Source of the DNA: Alphaproteobacteria bacterium
GTDB taxonomy: Bacteria > Pseudomonadota > Alphaproteobacteria > GM7ARS4 > G965262615
Assembly: GCA_965262615.1 (NCBI GenBank)
Contig: OZ253545.1
Location: forward strand, 64,001-128,000
DNA: 64,000 nt
Reading direction: 5' to 3'
Positions within the stretch are counted from its first letter, which is position 1; each line of letters begins with the position of its first letter. A program made the position numbers and the translations under genes. The notes beneath the pieces were generated by a model. That model was not told the origin of the DNA. It saw only the letters and a list, made by a program, of their open reading frames with translations, and did no database searches. Below are positions 19,411-29,831 of the stretch, piece by piece.

Positions 19411-22400
19411 CTATGAGAGGTCAAGCCATTTTTGGCGCGCCTGTTGCAATTGCTGCTGCGATAAGTGATGAACGCGACAATTGCGCGTCTCCACAATCAT
19501 CATGGTGCGCGCTGTTTTTTGATTCATAGTGGCAAGCAACACATCATAGAGTGCCATTTGTTGTAGCCACGAGGCTGGCAGTTCTTTTTTCACTGCACCT
19601 GTTTTGAAGTCGGCACAGAGCCATCCGTTATCATGATGGGCGAGCCGATCCACCCGTCCATTGATGCGCCGTCCTCGCCACAATCCCGTGATGGCAACCT
19701 CACCTCGTGACTGGTCGCCAAACAACAGTGCCAATTGTGGATGCGCCATCACCGCCAGCGTCTCCGCCACCAACGATTCCCGCCGCTCCCCCGACCATGT
19801 GGGCAACCAGCGATGCACCATCACTTCCGCCCGTTTTTCTCTTTCATCCTCATCAATTGTGGGCAGATACTCCAGCAATTGATGAATGATGATGCCGCGC
19901 TGCCTGGCATCATCACCGCCAGTGCCTGATTCCACCACTTCCTCATCGTGTTTGTATGCCGATGGCACAAGAACCATGGGAGGTGTCTCTTGCTTCATGG
20001 CATCGGCAGGCTGACGGCTCAACAGCGCGCTGATGTCATGACTGGCTTTGCGCGATGTGTCTGATGGTGTTGGTGGCGACAGTATCGTGGCGGATGTCCC
20101 TGGCACATTCTTCTCAATAATGGCGTGCCAATTGTCACCGCCACTTCTTTCAACTCCCGCCACCACCAATCGTCTTTTGGCTCGTGTCATCGCCACATAG
20201 AGCAAGCGGTTGCGACTTTGCTGTTCTTTTTTTCTTTCTATGCTTTGACGCATCATGAACATCGGCGCGCCTTTGGCGATGGACGACGCCCCCGTCCAGA
20301 GTGGCAATTCACCACCCGCACCTTTCAGCAATCCGCCCGCATCTTTGCCTCCCATCGCATCGCTGGCATCGGCAAGAATGACCGTGTCCGCCTCCAAGCC
20401 CTTCGCTCCGTGAATGGTGGATATTTTCACATGATCGCGCGAGGTGGAAATCTCCCGCTTCACATCGCCTCGCTGCCACTGCTCTTTTTCATGCACAAAC
20501 AGCTGCAACGATGAGCCGTGTCTTTGTTCATAACGCAATGCCTCATCCAAAAAATAAGTCACCGCATCACGGTCGTGCTGAGCATAGGTCAGACGGTGCG
20601 CCAGCGAGGCAAAAAACTCATAGAGAGGCTGATAGTCACTGCGCGCCAGCACATCACTGAGCAGCTCATGAGCGCGCCGATGAGATTCGTGCGATGACCG
20701 CTTCAATCCCTGCCACAGCGATTGGTCTGCACGCAAAACGGTGAGCTGTTCCAAATCGTCATCATGCAAGTGGCACAGGGGTGACTTCAGCACTTCGGCA
20801 AGACTCAAATCGTCATTGATGTCCAGTGCAAAGCGCGCCACCGCCATGAGATCCTGCACCGCCATGTGGTCAAAGGGATTGAAACGATCCGGCTCTTCGG
20901 CAATCACCTGATGTTTTTTCAGAGCGGGCATCAATGCCCTGAAAATATCTTTGCGCGTTCTCACCAAAATCATGATGTCACTGGGCGCGCTGCCCTCATC
21001 AATCAATTGTCTCACATAGCTGGCAATGCGTGTCGCCAGCACATGTTCTGTCTGCACGCTTGCCGTTTGGGGAGGATAGGCAAAGGGATTATCATTCTTT
21101 GGCGGCTGTGCCTTTTTTTCTTGCAAGCTCCACACTTCAATGCTTCCCTCAAGGTTTTCTGTCTTGTCACTGGCTTGATGGTGCAACGCCTCATCGTCTG
21201 CCACCACACCATCACGAACGGCATCATCGGCAAAAACGCCATCCACCGCTCGCAAAATCACGGGCGAGGAGCGAAAAGAATGATGCAATCCGCGCTTTGC
21301 CACATCCGTTTGCACCTGACCATAACACGCTTCGAAACGCTGATAGGCTTCTTCAAAAACGGCAGGGGATGCTCCCTTGAAGCCATAGATTGATTGCTTG
21401 GGGTCGCCCACACTGAAAAAAGAGCGTTTGATGTCATGCGTCCGTTCTTCATTCGCGCCACTGCCTGCGGTGAAATCTTGCGTCAAGCCGAAGATCATCT
21501 CCCATTGTTGTTCATCAGTGTCTTGTGCCTCATCAATCAACACATGGCGAATGGCTTGGTCTAGTTTATACATCACCCACGAAACGCCATGACTGTCTCG
21601 CACCAAGCGCGTGGTTTGTTCAATGAGGTCATCATAAAAGAGCACGGCGCGCCGTCTTTTGACCTCATTGAGCTCATCCATATAGGCGCGTCCCACCCGC
21701 AACAACAAACGGCTATTGGAAGCCAAATCTTCAATGGCTTCGCGCGCCACCAATTGACGAATGGGGTCGGCGTGTTCATGGGTTTCAAGATTTTTTCTCA
21801 CCTCTCCTTTTTGCGTCAAGAATTGTGCGTAGTAGTCATCCAGTTCTTCTGGCTTGATGTTCCATTGTGCGGCGTGTGTCTGTCTCATCACATGGGCGGA
21901 GTCGCCGTCATTGAGCCCCAGCAATTGATTGATGTCATAACTGTGCTGCACATCGTCTTGACTCAATTGCCGCAAGGCATCGTGCCAACCACTGGAGCTG
22001 CCTTTGGCAAAGGGATTGGTCTCACTGCTGATGGTGACAATGCGAGCCAAAGCCTCCGCCGTCTGACTGGTGGGCTCGGCTGCGGCGCGCTGCACCAACG
22101 ATTGCAATGCCTCGTGCCGCAGAGATTCTTCCATCCCCTCGTCACACAGTTCAAAGACTGGTTCTATGCCCGCCTCCAAAGGAAATCGCCGCAGCACCAT
22201 CTGACAAAAGGCATGAATGGTGGTGAGCTGCAAATCATGGTAGTGATTCAAACAGTGAGCAAACAAAGCTCGGGCGCGCTCTTTTTTCTCAGGTGTGACA
22301 TCCTCTCCCATCTGTTGCAATTCGTGATGCAGCTGGTCATCCGCCATGTGCCACCATCGCCCCAGTCGCTGAAGCAACCGCTCCTTCATTTCAAACGCCG

Positions 22401-22560
22401 CATTGCGGGTGTAGGTGAGACACAAAATGCTGCGGGCATCCTCACCCGCCAGCAACAGACGCAAAAAACGCTCCACCAAAATATGCGTCTTGCCGGTGCC
22501 CGCATGGGCTTGGGTCCATGCCGAATGATGCGGGTCGGTCAATGAAAGCGGCTCAGTCAT
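19411..22560 (-). CDS. addA: Double-strand-break repair helicase/nuclease AddA
   Basis: AGTGKT, LTYT..AA.EM, TIHAF, DEAQDT, VGDPKQSIY.F, TIHGAKGLEA, LYVAMTRA, C-terminal G.VDRL..DFKT. Confidence 0.95.
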   Translation of the reverse strand: MTEPLSLTDPHHSAWTQAHAGTGKTHILVERFLRLLLAGEDARSILCLTYTRNAAFEMKERLLQRLGRWWHMADDQLHHELQQMGEDVTPEKKERARALFAHCLNHYHDLQLTTIHAFCQMVLRRFPLEAGIEPVFELCDEGMEESLRHEALQSLVQRAAAEPTSQTAEALARIVTISSETNPFAKGSSSGWHDALRQLSQDDVQHSYDINQLLGLNDGDSAHVMRQTHAAQWNIKPEELDDYYAQFLTQKGEVRKNLETHEHADPIRQLVAREAIEDLASNSRLLLRVGRAYMDELNEVKRRRAVLFYDDLIEQTTRLVRDSHGVSWVMYKLDQAIRHVLIDEAQDTDEQQWEMIFGLTQDFTAGSGANEERTHDIKRSFFSVGDPKQSIYGFKGASPAVFEEAYQRFEACYGQVQTDVAKRGLHHSFRSSPVILRAVDGVFADDAVRDGVVADDEALHHQASDKTENLEGSIEVWSLQEKKAQPPKNDNPFAYPPQTASVQTEHVLATRIASYVRQLIDEGSAPSDIMILVRTRKDIFRALMPALKKHQVIAEEPDRFNPFDHMAVQDLMAVARFALDINDDLSLAEVLKSPLCHLHDDDLEQLTVLRADQSLWQGLKRSSHESHRRAHELLSDVLARSDYQPLYEFFASLAHRLTYAQHDRDAVTYFLDEALRYEQRHGSSLQLFVHEKEQWQRGDVKREISTSRDHVKISTIHGAKGLEADTVILADASDAMGGKDAGGLLKGAGGELPLWTGASSIAKGAPMFMMRQSIERKKEQQSRNRLLYVAMTRAKRRLVVAGVERSGGDNWHAIIEKNVPGTSATILSPPTPSDTSRKASHDISALLSRQPADAMKQETPPMVLVPSAYKHDEEVVESGTGGDDARQRGIIIHQLLEYLPTIDEDEREKRAEVMVHRWLPTWSGERRESLVAETLAVMAHPQLALLFGDQSRGEVAITGLWRGRRINGRVDRLAHHDNGWLCADFKTGAVKKELPASWLQQMALYDVLLATMNQKTARTMMIVETRNCRVHHLSQQQLQQARQKWLDLS

Positions 22561-25363
22561 CGTGCCACTCCGTGCGCCGCATCAAATGATGATAGTCTCT
22601 GGATGCCATGTCACCCAGTGCCACAAAAGAAGCGTTTTCGTCACGCAAATAATGACGCAAAAACCCTAATAATTGAATCTCGCACGCATCAATGGAAAGT
22701 TTGTTCTTGTATTCTTGCGGCACGGTGATGTCATTTGTGGTGAGATGACCATCATGGCTGCGTTTTTTGAGATGAAGACAACATAAATCCACCGCCTGCT
22801 GAGAAGTGATGGCGACGCCGGCAAAGCCGTTGTTGCGGGCGATCAATTCCTGCACCAGCCATTGCGGCTCATGAGCCGTGCCGATGCTTTTTTTAGACGG
22901 CACACCGCCCGTTTTGTAATCAATGATGCGCCAACGCCCATCCTTCACATCCAGTCGGTCACAACGGGCGGTGAGGCGGATGTCATCCACCATCCATGCA
23001 CCCTTATGCTCACATGCCACCGTTCGCCATCCTGTCGCTAAACCGTTTTGCTGCCACTTCCAAAATGCTCGCAGCACCTCTTCCAGTTGCGGCGCAAAAA
23101 TCAGTCGCCACGCTTTATCAGTCATGCCTTGAGTGGCAAGAGTCTTCCGCATCACTTCTTGCAAGGTCTCCCACGAATCATCGGGCGAGGCATTGGCGAC
23201 ATATTGACGAAGAATGTCATGAATCAAACTTCCCCAACGCATGGGGGTCATGGAATCATCCAGGGGCTGTTTTTTGTGCAGACGCAAAATGGCAGAGGCG
23301 TAGTAGCCGTAGGGGTCTTGCATCAATTGGCGCAGCTGTGAGACCGAAATGTGCTTGGGGCGCAGAGACACCGATGGACACGGCACAGGTGCATCTTTAT
23401 GGCGCGTCTCCTCTTGCGAGTCTTGCGGCAGCTCATCGGCGCGCAATTCCACAATGTGCCCCGCTCCACTATGACGCAAGCGAGTGATAAAGCGCGACGG
23501 CTCACAGCGTCCCCCCTCGTTCAGCAAGCTGTAGGTGAGATAGACGGTGTCATGAGAAAAACTGTGAATGAAATCATGCGCCGAGCGTCCCACGCGCCAA
23601 TCGGGCGGCGGCAGTCCGATTTGTTGCTGCATGGCGGCATTGAGCCACGGCGAACGATGCGCCGCCGGCGGATACGACCCCTCATTCATCCCCCCCACAA
23701 TCAACACATCGCTCTGCTGCAAACGCGCCTCCAGCGCGCCCCACAAAAACAGACGAGGATGTGCCTGCCCGTAATCATGATAGCGTCCTCGTCCCATGTA
23801 GTGGATGAAAAATTCGGTGTATTCGGCAAGGGTGAGCCGCACATCGCCGCAATCACCGCCGTAGCGCATGATGTCCTCAAAGCGACTGGCGACCATGCGC
23901 CCTGCCTGTCCGTGCCGTAGCACATCATCGCCACTGGTCTCATGGTTTTTTGCCAATTGCACCGCCACCCGCCAATGCCGCTGAGCCCATTCGGTCACGG
24001 TGTGTTGGGCGCGCGCCGCCAGAGGCTTGAGCATGGCGTTCCAGTCCTCAAGCCAAGCGGGTGACTCCTTGCTTTGATACGCCCCCTCCTGCTCCCACTG
24101 CCGAGCCATCGCCAGAGTGTGTTCACGAAGCTGCCCCATGGCACACAACGGATGCTTCATCACAGCCAGATGCGTCAGAGCATTGCTGGCAATGACATGC
24201 TCCACAATAAGACGCAAAAACACCATCGGCGGCGATTGACGCAATAATCTGCCGAACGAATTGTGCGCCACCCAGCCACGCTGACGCAAACCATGATCCA
24301 CCAACCGATTGAGTGTGGCATTGTGCGTCACCAGTGCCACCGTGCATTGCTTGTGTGCCAAGTGCGCCAGCAACAATCGCACAATCACCGATGCCTCCTG
24401 ATGATGATGATTGGCTTCAATCACCGTGCACACAGGAGACGACATCGCCATCTTGCTGGGCACAGTGCGAAATGCCTCTTGCACCAACTGACAACGCCGC
24501 GCCCGTGTCTTGCTTTTTTCTTGAGCCCATGTCTGCACATCGGCGCGCGTTTTATTGAGGCGATGCAACAAACGCACAAAATTATATTGAGGATGGGTGG
24601 GTTCGTTTTCACCGATGGCAAGCCATTCCTCATCCGACAAAGCGTCATCCAACCCGGGCAGCACCACTGCGCCGTTGGGCAATTGCAGCACCGCCGCCAT
24701 GAGGTCGGCGGTCAAAGGGCGGCTGCCCGTTGAGCCCACAATCATCACCGGATGCGTTGGCGGCTGCGTTCGCCACACTGCCATGCGCCGTCTGACGGCT
24801 TGTTCGCGCGCCACAAATGGGTCGCTGCGGTGTTCACGCGTCAGCATGGCATCCCAATCCTTGCCAATCACCTGCAGAAACGAGAAAATGATTTGCCAAT
24901 AATCCGACCACTCATGGTCTCGTGATAGATTCTCCAAAGATGCCCGTTCCACCCGCAATTGCTGCAGAAAATCATGCAGCTGCTGTGCCAGAGCCATGCC
25001 GCGCGTCCGTGACCATCCTTTTTGCCCGCCATACCCCATGATGCGCTGATAGAGCCAAAACACACTACGCGGCATCTCTAAAGGCGGCAGGGAGTCATCA
25101 TCCAGCGCGGCAATGGTGTCATCGTGTCCAAAAACAAGGTCATCTTCCTCTTCGCCGATGGGCATCATGGTGGGCAAAATCGATGCCCCATCGCTGTGTG
25201 CCATAAAGGCATTTTCCAGCGATTGAATACTGCGGCGATTGGGAGTCAGCAACAGTGTGGAAGACAGTGCCAGTGGCGATGAATCCGTGTAAGCCGTCAT
25301 CAACCTTCGCGCCAATTGAGAGGCAAAAGGCTCGGACGCGGGAATGGAGTAGAGTCCTCCCAT
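22553..25363 (-). CDS. addB: Double-strand-break repair protein AddB
   Basis: PNRRS, GSTGS, HPQY, G.LEARLQ, DPY..YA..IL.L, DRLD..IIDYKTG; TGATG coupling to upstream gene. Confidence 0.93.
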   Translation of the reverse strand: MGGLYSIPASEPFASQLARRLMTAYTDSSPLALSSTLLLTPNRRSIQSLENAFMAHSDGASILPTMMPIGEEEDDLVFGHDDTIAALDDDSLPPLEMPRSVFWLYQRIMGYGGQKGWSRTRGMALAQQLHDFLQQLRVERASLENLSRDHEWSDYWQIIFSFLQVIGKDWDAMLTREHRSDPFVAREQAVRRRMAVWRTQPPTHPVMIVGSTGSRPLTADLMAAVLQLPNGAVVLPGLDDALSDEEWLAIGENEPTHPQYNFVRLLHRLNKTRADVQTWAQEKSKTRARRCQLVQEAFRTVPSKMAMSSPVCTVIEANHHHQEASVIVRLLLAHLAHKQCTVALVTHNATLNRLVDHGLRQRGWVAHNSFGRLLRQSPPMVFLRLIVEHVIASNALTHLAVMKHPLCAMGQLREHTLAMARQWEQEGAYQSKESPAWLEDWNAMLKPLAARAQHTVTEWAQRHWRVAVQLAKNHETSGDDVLRHGQAGRMVASRFEDIMRYGGDCGDVRLTLAEYTEFFIHYMGRGRYHDYGQAHPRLFLWGALEARLQQSDVLIVGGMNEGSYPPAAHRSPWLNAAMQQQIGLPPPDWRVGRSAHDFIHSFSHDTVYLTYSLLNEGGRCEPSRFITRLRHSGAGHIVELRADELPQDSQEETRHKDAPVPCPSVSLRPKHISVSQLRQLMQDPYGYYASAILRLHKKQPLDDSMTPMRWGSLIHDILRQYVANASPDDSWETLQEVMRKTLATQGMTDKAWRLIFAPQLEEVLRAFWKWQQNGLATGWRTVACEHKGAWMVDDIRLTARCDRLDVKDGRWRIIDYKTGGVPSKKSIGTAHEPQWLVQELIARNNGFAGVAITSQQAVDLCCLHLKKRSHDGHLTTNDITVPQEYKNKLSIDACEIQLLGFLRHYLRDENASFVALGDMASRDYHHLMRRTEWHDD

Positions 25364-27072
25364 CAAAAATGCCTCCTTAGAAATTGTCTCATGCGCCATA
25401 AATCCCGCAAGCCAGAGAGATGACACCAGTCACCGTCAAACACCAAACCATGAAGACAATTTCGCGCCATCGCCTCATCATACACATCATTGAGGCGACA
25501 CGATTCTCCTTTCGTCACAGGGGCAAACAGACGGGGATGCACAATTTGCATGCCGCAAAACACATAATCCGCCGTCTGTCCTTTGGCGGGACGCATCACG
25601 CGTCCATTGGGCGTGAGATTGAAATCTCCTTTTTCCATGTTTGTTTGGTCGCGTGGCATCAGCACCAGCAAGCCATCCATTGATGGCTCATAGCGCGCCG
25701 CCAGCAATGACAGCAAAGGAAACATCTCATTCTCATGCCACAGACTGTCGCCATTGAGAAGATAAAACGGCTCATCAGCAAAAAAATCCAATGCCGCCGC
25801 CACGCCGCCGCCACTGTGCAAATCATGCGTGTGTCGGCTTTCATCAGACAGCGTCACGCGCCAATTTTGCGTATGACGGTGCATGACATCAGAAAGATAG
25901 CGAGTATTCACCATAATGCGCGTCACCCCCAATCTTTTGCATTGAGCCACCAGACACGCCAGCACAGAGCGCGGCTCGCGTATTCGCAACGAAATGAGAG
26001 GCTTGGGAATCCAGCGGGTCACAGGACGCAGCCGCATTCCTTTGCCCGCCGCCAAAATGATTCCTTGAGGCAACGCGAGGATAGACGAGAGAGGAGGTGC
26101 ATGGGTAGCGTACTCAGGAACATAATTCGCAAACCATTCGCGCAGTGGCTTGTGATGGTCTTTGGTCAAATAGCGATTGATGTCACGCCATGTTTGGTTG
26201 AGGTATTGTCTGTATTGTGTTTTGCCATCACGGCGTTCTAGCCTCACAAAAATGCCCGCGATTTTCAAAAGACGCTGCAAGGACAGCGTCTCGCCATGAC
26301 GCACGCAATTGTCATCCCAATTCATCTCAGTGGCATAATGCTCCATGCACTCTTTTTTGACGGCATCGGAGACGGGACGGCGCACATCATCCAGCAATGA
26401 CACCAAATCAAAAGCCGGATGACCCATCGCCGCATCCTGAAAATCCAACCAGCCAATCGCCGCCAACCCCTCGCGATGCGGCAGCCACATCAGATTATCA
26501 ATATGCACATCTCGCAACACCGGCACCCGCGCCTTGAATTGAACGATGGGCTTGAGCAACGCGCGCATGATGGCAAAAAACTCACGCCGCATGGTCTTGC
26601 TGCGTCCCATGCCCCAGCTTTGTAAATGCCAATCCAATAGCAATTGATGTTCTTGTTCATAATCGGTCATATCGTATGAGGGCACACGCCACACATTTTT
26701 CTGCCAGTGGCGGTGCAAATGAATGATTCCATCCACCACGCGCCGATAGAGCATTGCCTCATTTTCCTTTTGCAGTGCCACCCGCAGTGTGATGTCGCCC
26801 AAGTCTTCCAACAAAGCAAAGCCGTTTTTTTCATCCAGAGCCTCAATGCGCGGCGCAGATAATTCCGTTTCTTGCAGAGCTCGTGCCACTTTGACAAAAG
26901 CACACAAGTTTTTTGGCTGTGAATCCTCCATCACAATGATGGATTTGTTTTTTTTGGTCACGCGCTCATAGCGGCGAGACGATGCATCCGCCGCCAGTGG
27001 CGTGCGCGTGGCTTCGTGCCATCCGTTTTGCCGCAGAAAATCATTCAGCCGTGTGGCGCGTGCCTGCTCCAT
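25363..27072 (-). CDS. Fused anomeric MurNAc/GlcNAc kinase (AmgK-like) and MurNAc-1-P uridylyltransferase (MurU-like)
   Basis: N-half DASSRRY.R, LLEDLGD, LRD.H..NLM, LDFQDA; C-half ILAAGKG.RLRPVT..IPKPL, SGGG, NGDSLW. Confidence 0.85.
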   Translation of the reverse strand: MEQARATRLNDFLRQNGWHEATRTPLAADASSRRYERVTKKNKSIIVMEDSQPKNLCAFVKVARALQETELSAPRIEALDEKNGFALLEDLGDITLRVALQKENEAMLYRRVVDGIIHLHRHWQKNVWRVPSYDMTDYEQEHQLLLDWHLQSWGMGRSKTMRREFFAIMRALLKPIVQFKARVPVLRDVHIDNLMWLPHREGLAAIGWLDFQDAAMGHPAFDLVSLLDDVRRPVSDAVKKECMEHYATEMNWDDNCVRHGETLSLQRLLKIAGIFVRLERRDGKTQYRQYLNQTWRDINRYLTKDHHKPLREWFANYVPEYATHAPPLSSILALPQGIILAAGKGMRLRPVTRWIPKPLISLRIREPRSVLACLVAQCKRLGVTRIMVNTRYLSDVMHRHTQNWRVTLSDESRHTHDLHSGGGVAAALDFFADEPFYLLNGDSLWHENEMFPLLSLLAARYEPSMDGLLVLMPRDQTNMEKGDFNLTPNGRVMRPAKGQTADYVFCGMQIVHPRLFAPVTKGESCRLNDVYDEAMARNCLHGLVFDGDWCHLSGLRDLWRMRQFLRRHF

Positions 27073-27548
27073 TGTGTCTCCAACCACTGCCGCCACTCAT
27101 CATGAGACGATGATATTCGCACATGGCGAGCATCCACCGCATCGGCAAATTGCAGCTCAATCTGCAAATGACGCGGCGGCAACCACTCTTGCAATTGTGT
27201 CGCCCATTCAATCAGGCTGATGCCTTGCTCCAGAGATTCCTCCCATCCCGTCTCCAGTGCCTCATCGGGATTGGCAAGGCGATAAAAATCATGATGGCGA
27301 ATGGTGATGTCCCCACACTCATACACTTGCGTCACGGTAAAGGTGGGGCTGGGAATAACACAAGGAGCAGCATCACCATAACACGCCGTGATGAATGCGC
27401 GCGCGAAAGTGGTCTTGCCCGCACCCAAAGGCGCATTGAGCGATAACAGTAAGGGTTGGCGAGGCGCGTGAAGCATGGTAAGACAATGTGCCAAGTTCAT
27501 CGCAACTTCGCAGACCGATTCTTGCGATAAATTTTTCAGTGAAATCAT
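27045..27548 (-). CDS. tsaE: tRNA threonylcarbamoyladenosine biosynthesis ATPase
   Basis: LGAGKTTFAR, PSPTFT, H.D.YRL, LIEW; the upstream part of the track ORF is antisense to lepB. Confidence 0.93.
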   Translation of the reverse strand: MISLKNLSQESVCEVAMNLAHCLTMLHAPRQPLLLSLNAPLGAGKTTFARAFITACYGDAAPCVIPSPTFTVTQVYECGDITIRHHDFYRLANPDEALETGWEESLEQGISLIEWATQLQEWLPPRHLQIELQFADAVDARHVRISSSHDEWRQWLETQWSRHAPHG

Positions 27549-27590
27549 CACCCACACCATGACACGATTGCCCGCAAAAAGCGATAGACC

Positions 27591-28307
27591 ATGATGCAAA
27601 CCCTCAAAAGCTTCTTGTGGGCACTCCTGCTGGTGGGGGTGATTCGCAGCTTTCTTTTTGAGCCTTTTCACATCCCATCCAGCTCCATGCTGCCTAATCT
27701 GCTGGTGGGCGATTATCTCTTTGTCAATAAATACGACTATGGCTATGGTCGCTACTCCTTTCCCTTTGATATTCCCGTGATTGATGAGGGACGGTGGTGG
27801 TCTGCTGCTGCAAAACGCGGCGATATGATTGTCTTTCGTCCCGTTCATGATGCCAAACGCTCCTACATCAAGCGGGTGGTGGGCGTGGGCGGAGACACCA
27901 TTCAGATGCAAAACGGCACGGTCTTTCTCAATGGCGAGCCTCTGCCGCGCCAAAAACGAGCCCCTTCCGTTGAGATAGACGGCAAAAGGCACTATGTCTC
28001 TCTCTATGAGGAGACCAACCACCAACGAAACTATGACATCATGGAATTTGCCAACGATGACTTCTTTGACAATACGCCTCCTTACACCGTGCCTGACAAT
28101 CATTATTTTGTCATGGGTGACAATCGGGATGCCTCACGAGACAGCCGCGATTTCTCACTGGTGGGCTTTGTGCCTCATGACAATGTGATTGGCAAGGCGG
28201 AGGTGATTTTTTTCTCCTTGCATCCCGCTCGTGACATGATTGAATACTTTTTATTGCCGTGGCGCATTCGCTATCATCGTTTGTTTAGAGACCTCACCAA
28301 TGACTGA
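27591..28307 (+). CDS. lepB: Signal peptidase I
   Basis: EPF.IPS.SM.P.L..GD, YIKRVVG..GD, YFVMGDNRD.S.DSR. Confidence 0.98.
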   Translation: MMQTLKSFLWALLLVGVIRSFLFEPFHIPSSSMLPNLLVGDYLFVNKYDYGYGRYSFPFDIPVIDEGRWWSAAAKRGDMIVFRPVHDAKRSYIKRVVGVGGDTIQMQNGTVFLNGEPLPRQKRAPSVEIDGKRHYVSLYEETNHQRNYDIMEFANDDFFDNTPPYTVPDNHYFVMGDNRDASRDSRDFSLVGFVPHDNVIGKAEVIFFSLHPARDMIEYFLLPWRIRYHRLFRDLTND

Positions 28308-28983
28308 CGATTATTTATCAACTTTTTTCGCCTATCGCTTTAAGGATGCCTCATTGCTTGAGGATGGCTTGCGTGGTTTATGGGTGCGTGACAGACGCTT
28401 TGAGCGTCTTGAGTTTTTGGGGGATCGGGTTTTGGCATTGTCGGTGGCGCAGTTGTTGTTTGAGAATTTTCCCGATGAATCGGAAGGAGACTTAGCCAAA
28501 CGCCACAGCGAGCTGGTGTCGGGTCGTCAATTACGCTTGTTGGTGAATGATGAGCTGCGTCAATTTTTTGCGCATCACGCGCGCCTGCACAATAGCAAAA
28601 AACCCATCACCGCCTCTTTGCTGGAGGACATGATGGAAGCCATTGTTGCCGCCATTTATCTGGATGGTGGCTTTGATGCCGTGGTGACATCTTTAGCACA
28701 TGTTTATCATGATGACATTGAGCGGCAGCGTCACAAAGAGCCTCCTGTGAATGCCAAAAGTGCGTTGCAAGAGTGGGCACTGCAGCGCGCCATGCCATTG
28801 CCGCGCTATCAGGTCACATCCCGCATGGGCAAGAGTCATAATCCCACCTTTGTCATTGAGGCATCGGTGGATGGTCAAACGCCCGCCTATGGCATGGGAA
28901 GCAGCAAAAGCAAGGCGGAACAAAAAGCCGCTCGTTTATTGCTCGAAAAATTGCAAAAGAAAGAACTTTCATGCAAGGCGTAA
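28300..28983 (+). CDS. rnc: Ribonuclease III
   Basis: ERLEFLGDRVL, EA.VAAIYLDGG, dsRBD KSALQEW...K.AEQ.AA. Confidence 0.96.
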   Translation: MTDDYLSTFFAYRFKDASLLEDGLRGLWVRDRRFERLEFLGDRVLALSVAQLLFENFPDESEGDLAKRHSELVSGRQLRLLVNDELRQFFAHHARLHNSKKPITASLLEDMMEAIVAAIYLDGGFDAVVTSLAHVYHDDIERQRHKEPPVNAKSALQEWALQRAMPLPRYQVTSRMGKSHNPTFVIEASVDGQTPAYGMGSSKSKAEQKAARLLLEKLQKKELSCKA

Positions 28984-29831
28984 CCATCGCTGTGGCGGGC
29001 GCGAGCAATGCCGGCAAGTCCACATTGCTCAACCGCCTGTTGGGCAGAAATATGAGCATCACCAGCAGCCGTCCTCATACCACGCAAAAAACGCTCACTT
29101 TTCTTCACGACAATGGCTCCCTCTGGCTGGATGGACGCGGCACATCATCTCATATGCGCATCGCCAATGCTCCTGCCACATCGGTGATGCCTCATGCCGA
29201 TGTCACACTCTTGGTGATTGACAGCCGCCAAAACTGGAATGAAAAGATGTGCTCTGATGCCCAAAATCATTATGGCAAGCGGGACGGAAAACTCTATGTG
29301 GTGCTGAATAAAATTGACAAAGTGCAAAAAAGCAAGCTGCTGCCTCTTGCCGATGACCTGTGTTCGCTGCTCAAGGCGGACGGCTGTTTCATGGTGTCGG
29401 CAAAGACGGGCAGTGGATGCGATGGCTTGTGGTATCAATTGCAGCAGCACAAAAAAAAAATGGATACCGCGCGCCGAGATGCCCTGCCGCCTCCCATGAA
29501 TGATGAACAACTGGCGCGCGAGTTCACGCGCGAAGCCTTGTTTTATCTATTGCGAGACGAATTGCCCTATGAGATTTATGTGTCCAGTCAATCTTTTGAA
29601 CAAGAAGGAACGCGTCTGATTGTGACGCAGGAATTGCTCACCGACAAAAAAAGCCGCAAAGCCATGATGATTGGCAAAAAAGGGGCGATGATCAAACAAA
29701 TCGGCAGCATGACGCGCCTGCGGATGCGGGCTTTTTTTCAAAAAAAAGTGGATGTTTTTTTAACCGTGCGTCTGATAAAACACGGTCAGTTCATATCATT
29801 GCAGCAGGAAGAATTGCGAGGCTCACTATGA
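28971..29831 (+). CDS. era: GTPase Era (divergent)
   Basis: G1 GASNAGKST, G2 PHTT, G3 DGRG, G4 NKID, SAKTG, KH domain ELPY..IGKKG.MIK.IG. Confidence 0.9.
   Translation: MQGVTIAVAGASNAGKSTLLNRLLGRNMSITSSRPHTTQKTLTFLHDNGSLWLDGRGTSSHMRIANAPATSVMPHADVTLLVIDSRQNWNEKMCSDAQNHYGKRDGKLYVVLNKIDKVQKSKLLPLADDLCSLLKADGCFMVSAKTGSGCDGLWYQLQQHKKKMDTARRDALPPPMNDEQLAREFTREALFYLLRDELPYEIYVSSQSFEQEGTRLIVTQELLTDKKSRKAMMIGKKGAMIKQIGSMTRLRMRAFFQKKVDVFLTVRLIKHGQFISLQQEELRGSL

Noticed and set aside
7265-22545. Long antisense ORFs (for example 7265-8179, 9678-10409, 21589-22545)
   Set aside because: Shadow frames of well-supported genes; no motifs of their own
27549-28103. Long N-terminal extension of TsaE in the ORF track
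   Set aside because: It is the antisense frame of lepB, not a fusion
28971-29831. Era as a possible pseudo-GTPase (no DTPG)
   Set aside because: DGRG still satisfies DxxG, and G1, G2, G4 and the KH motif are intact
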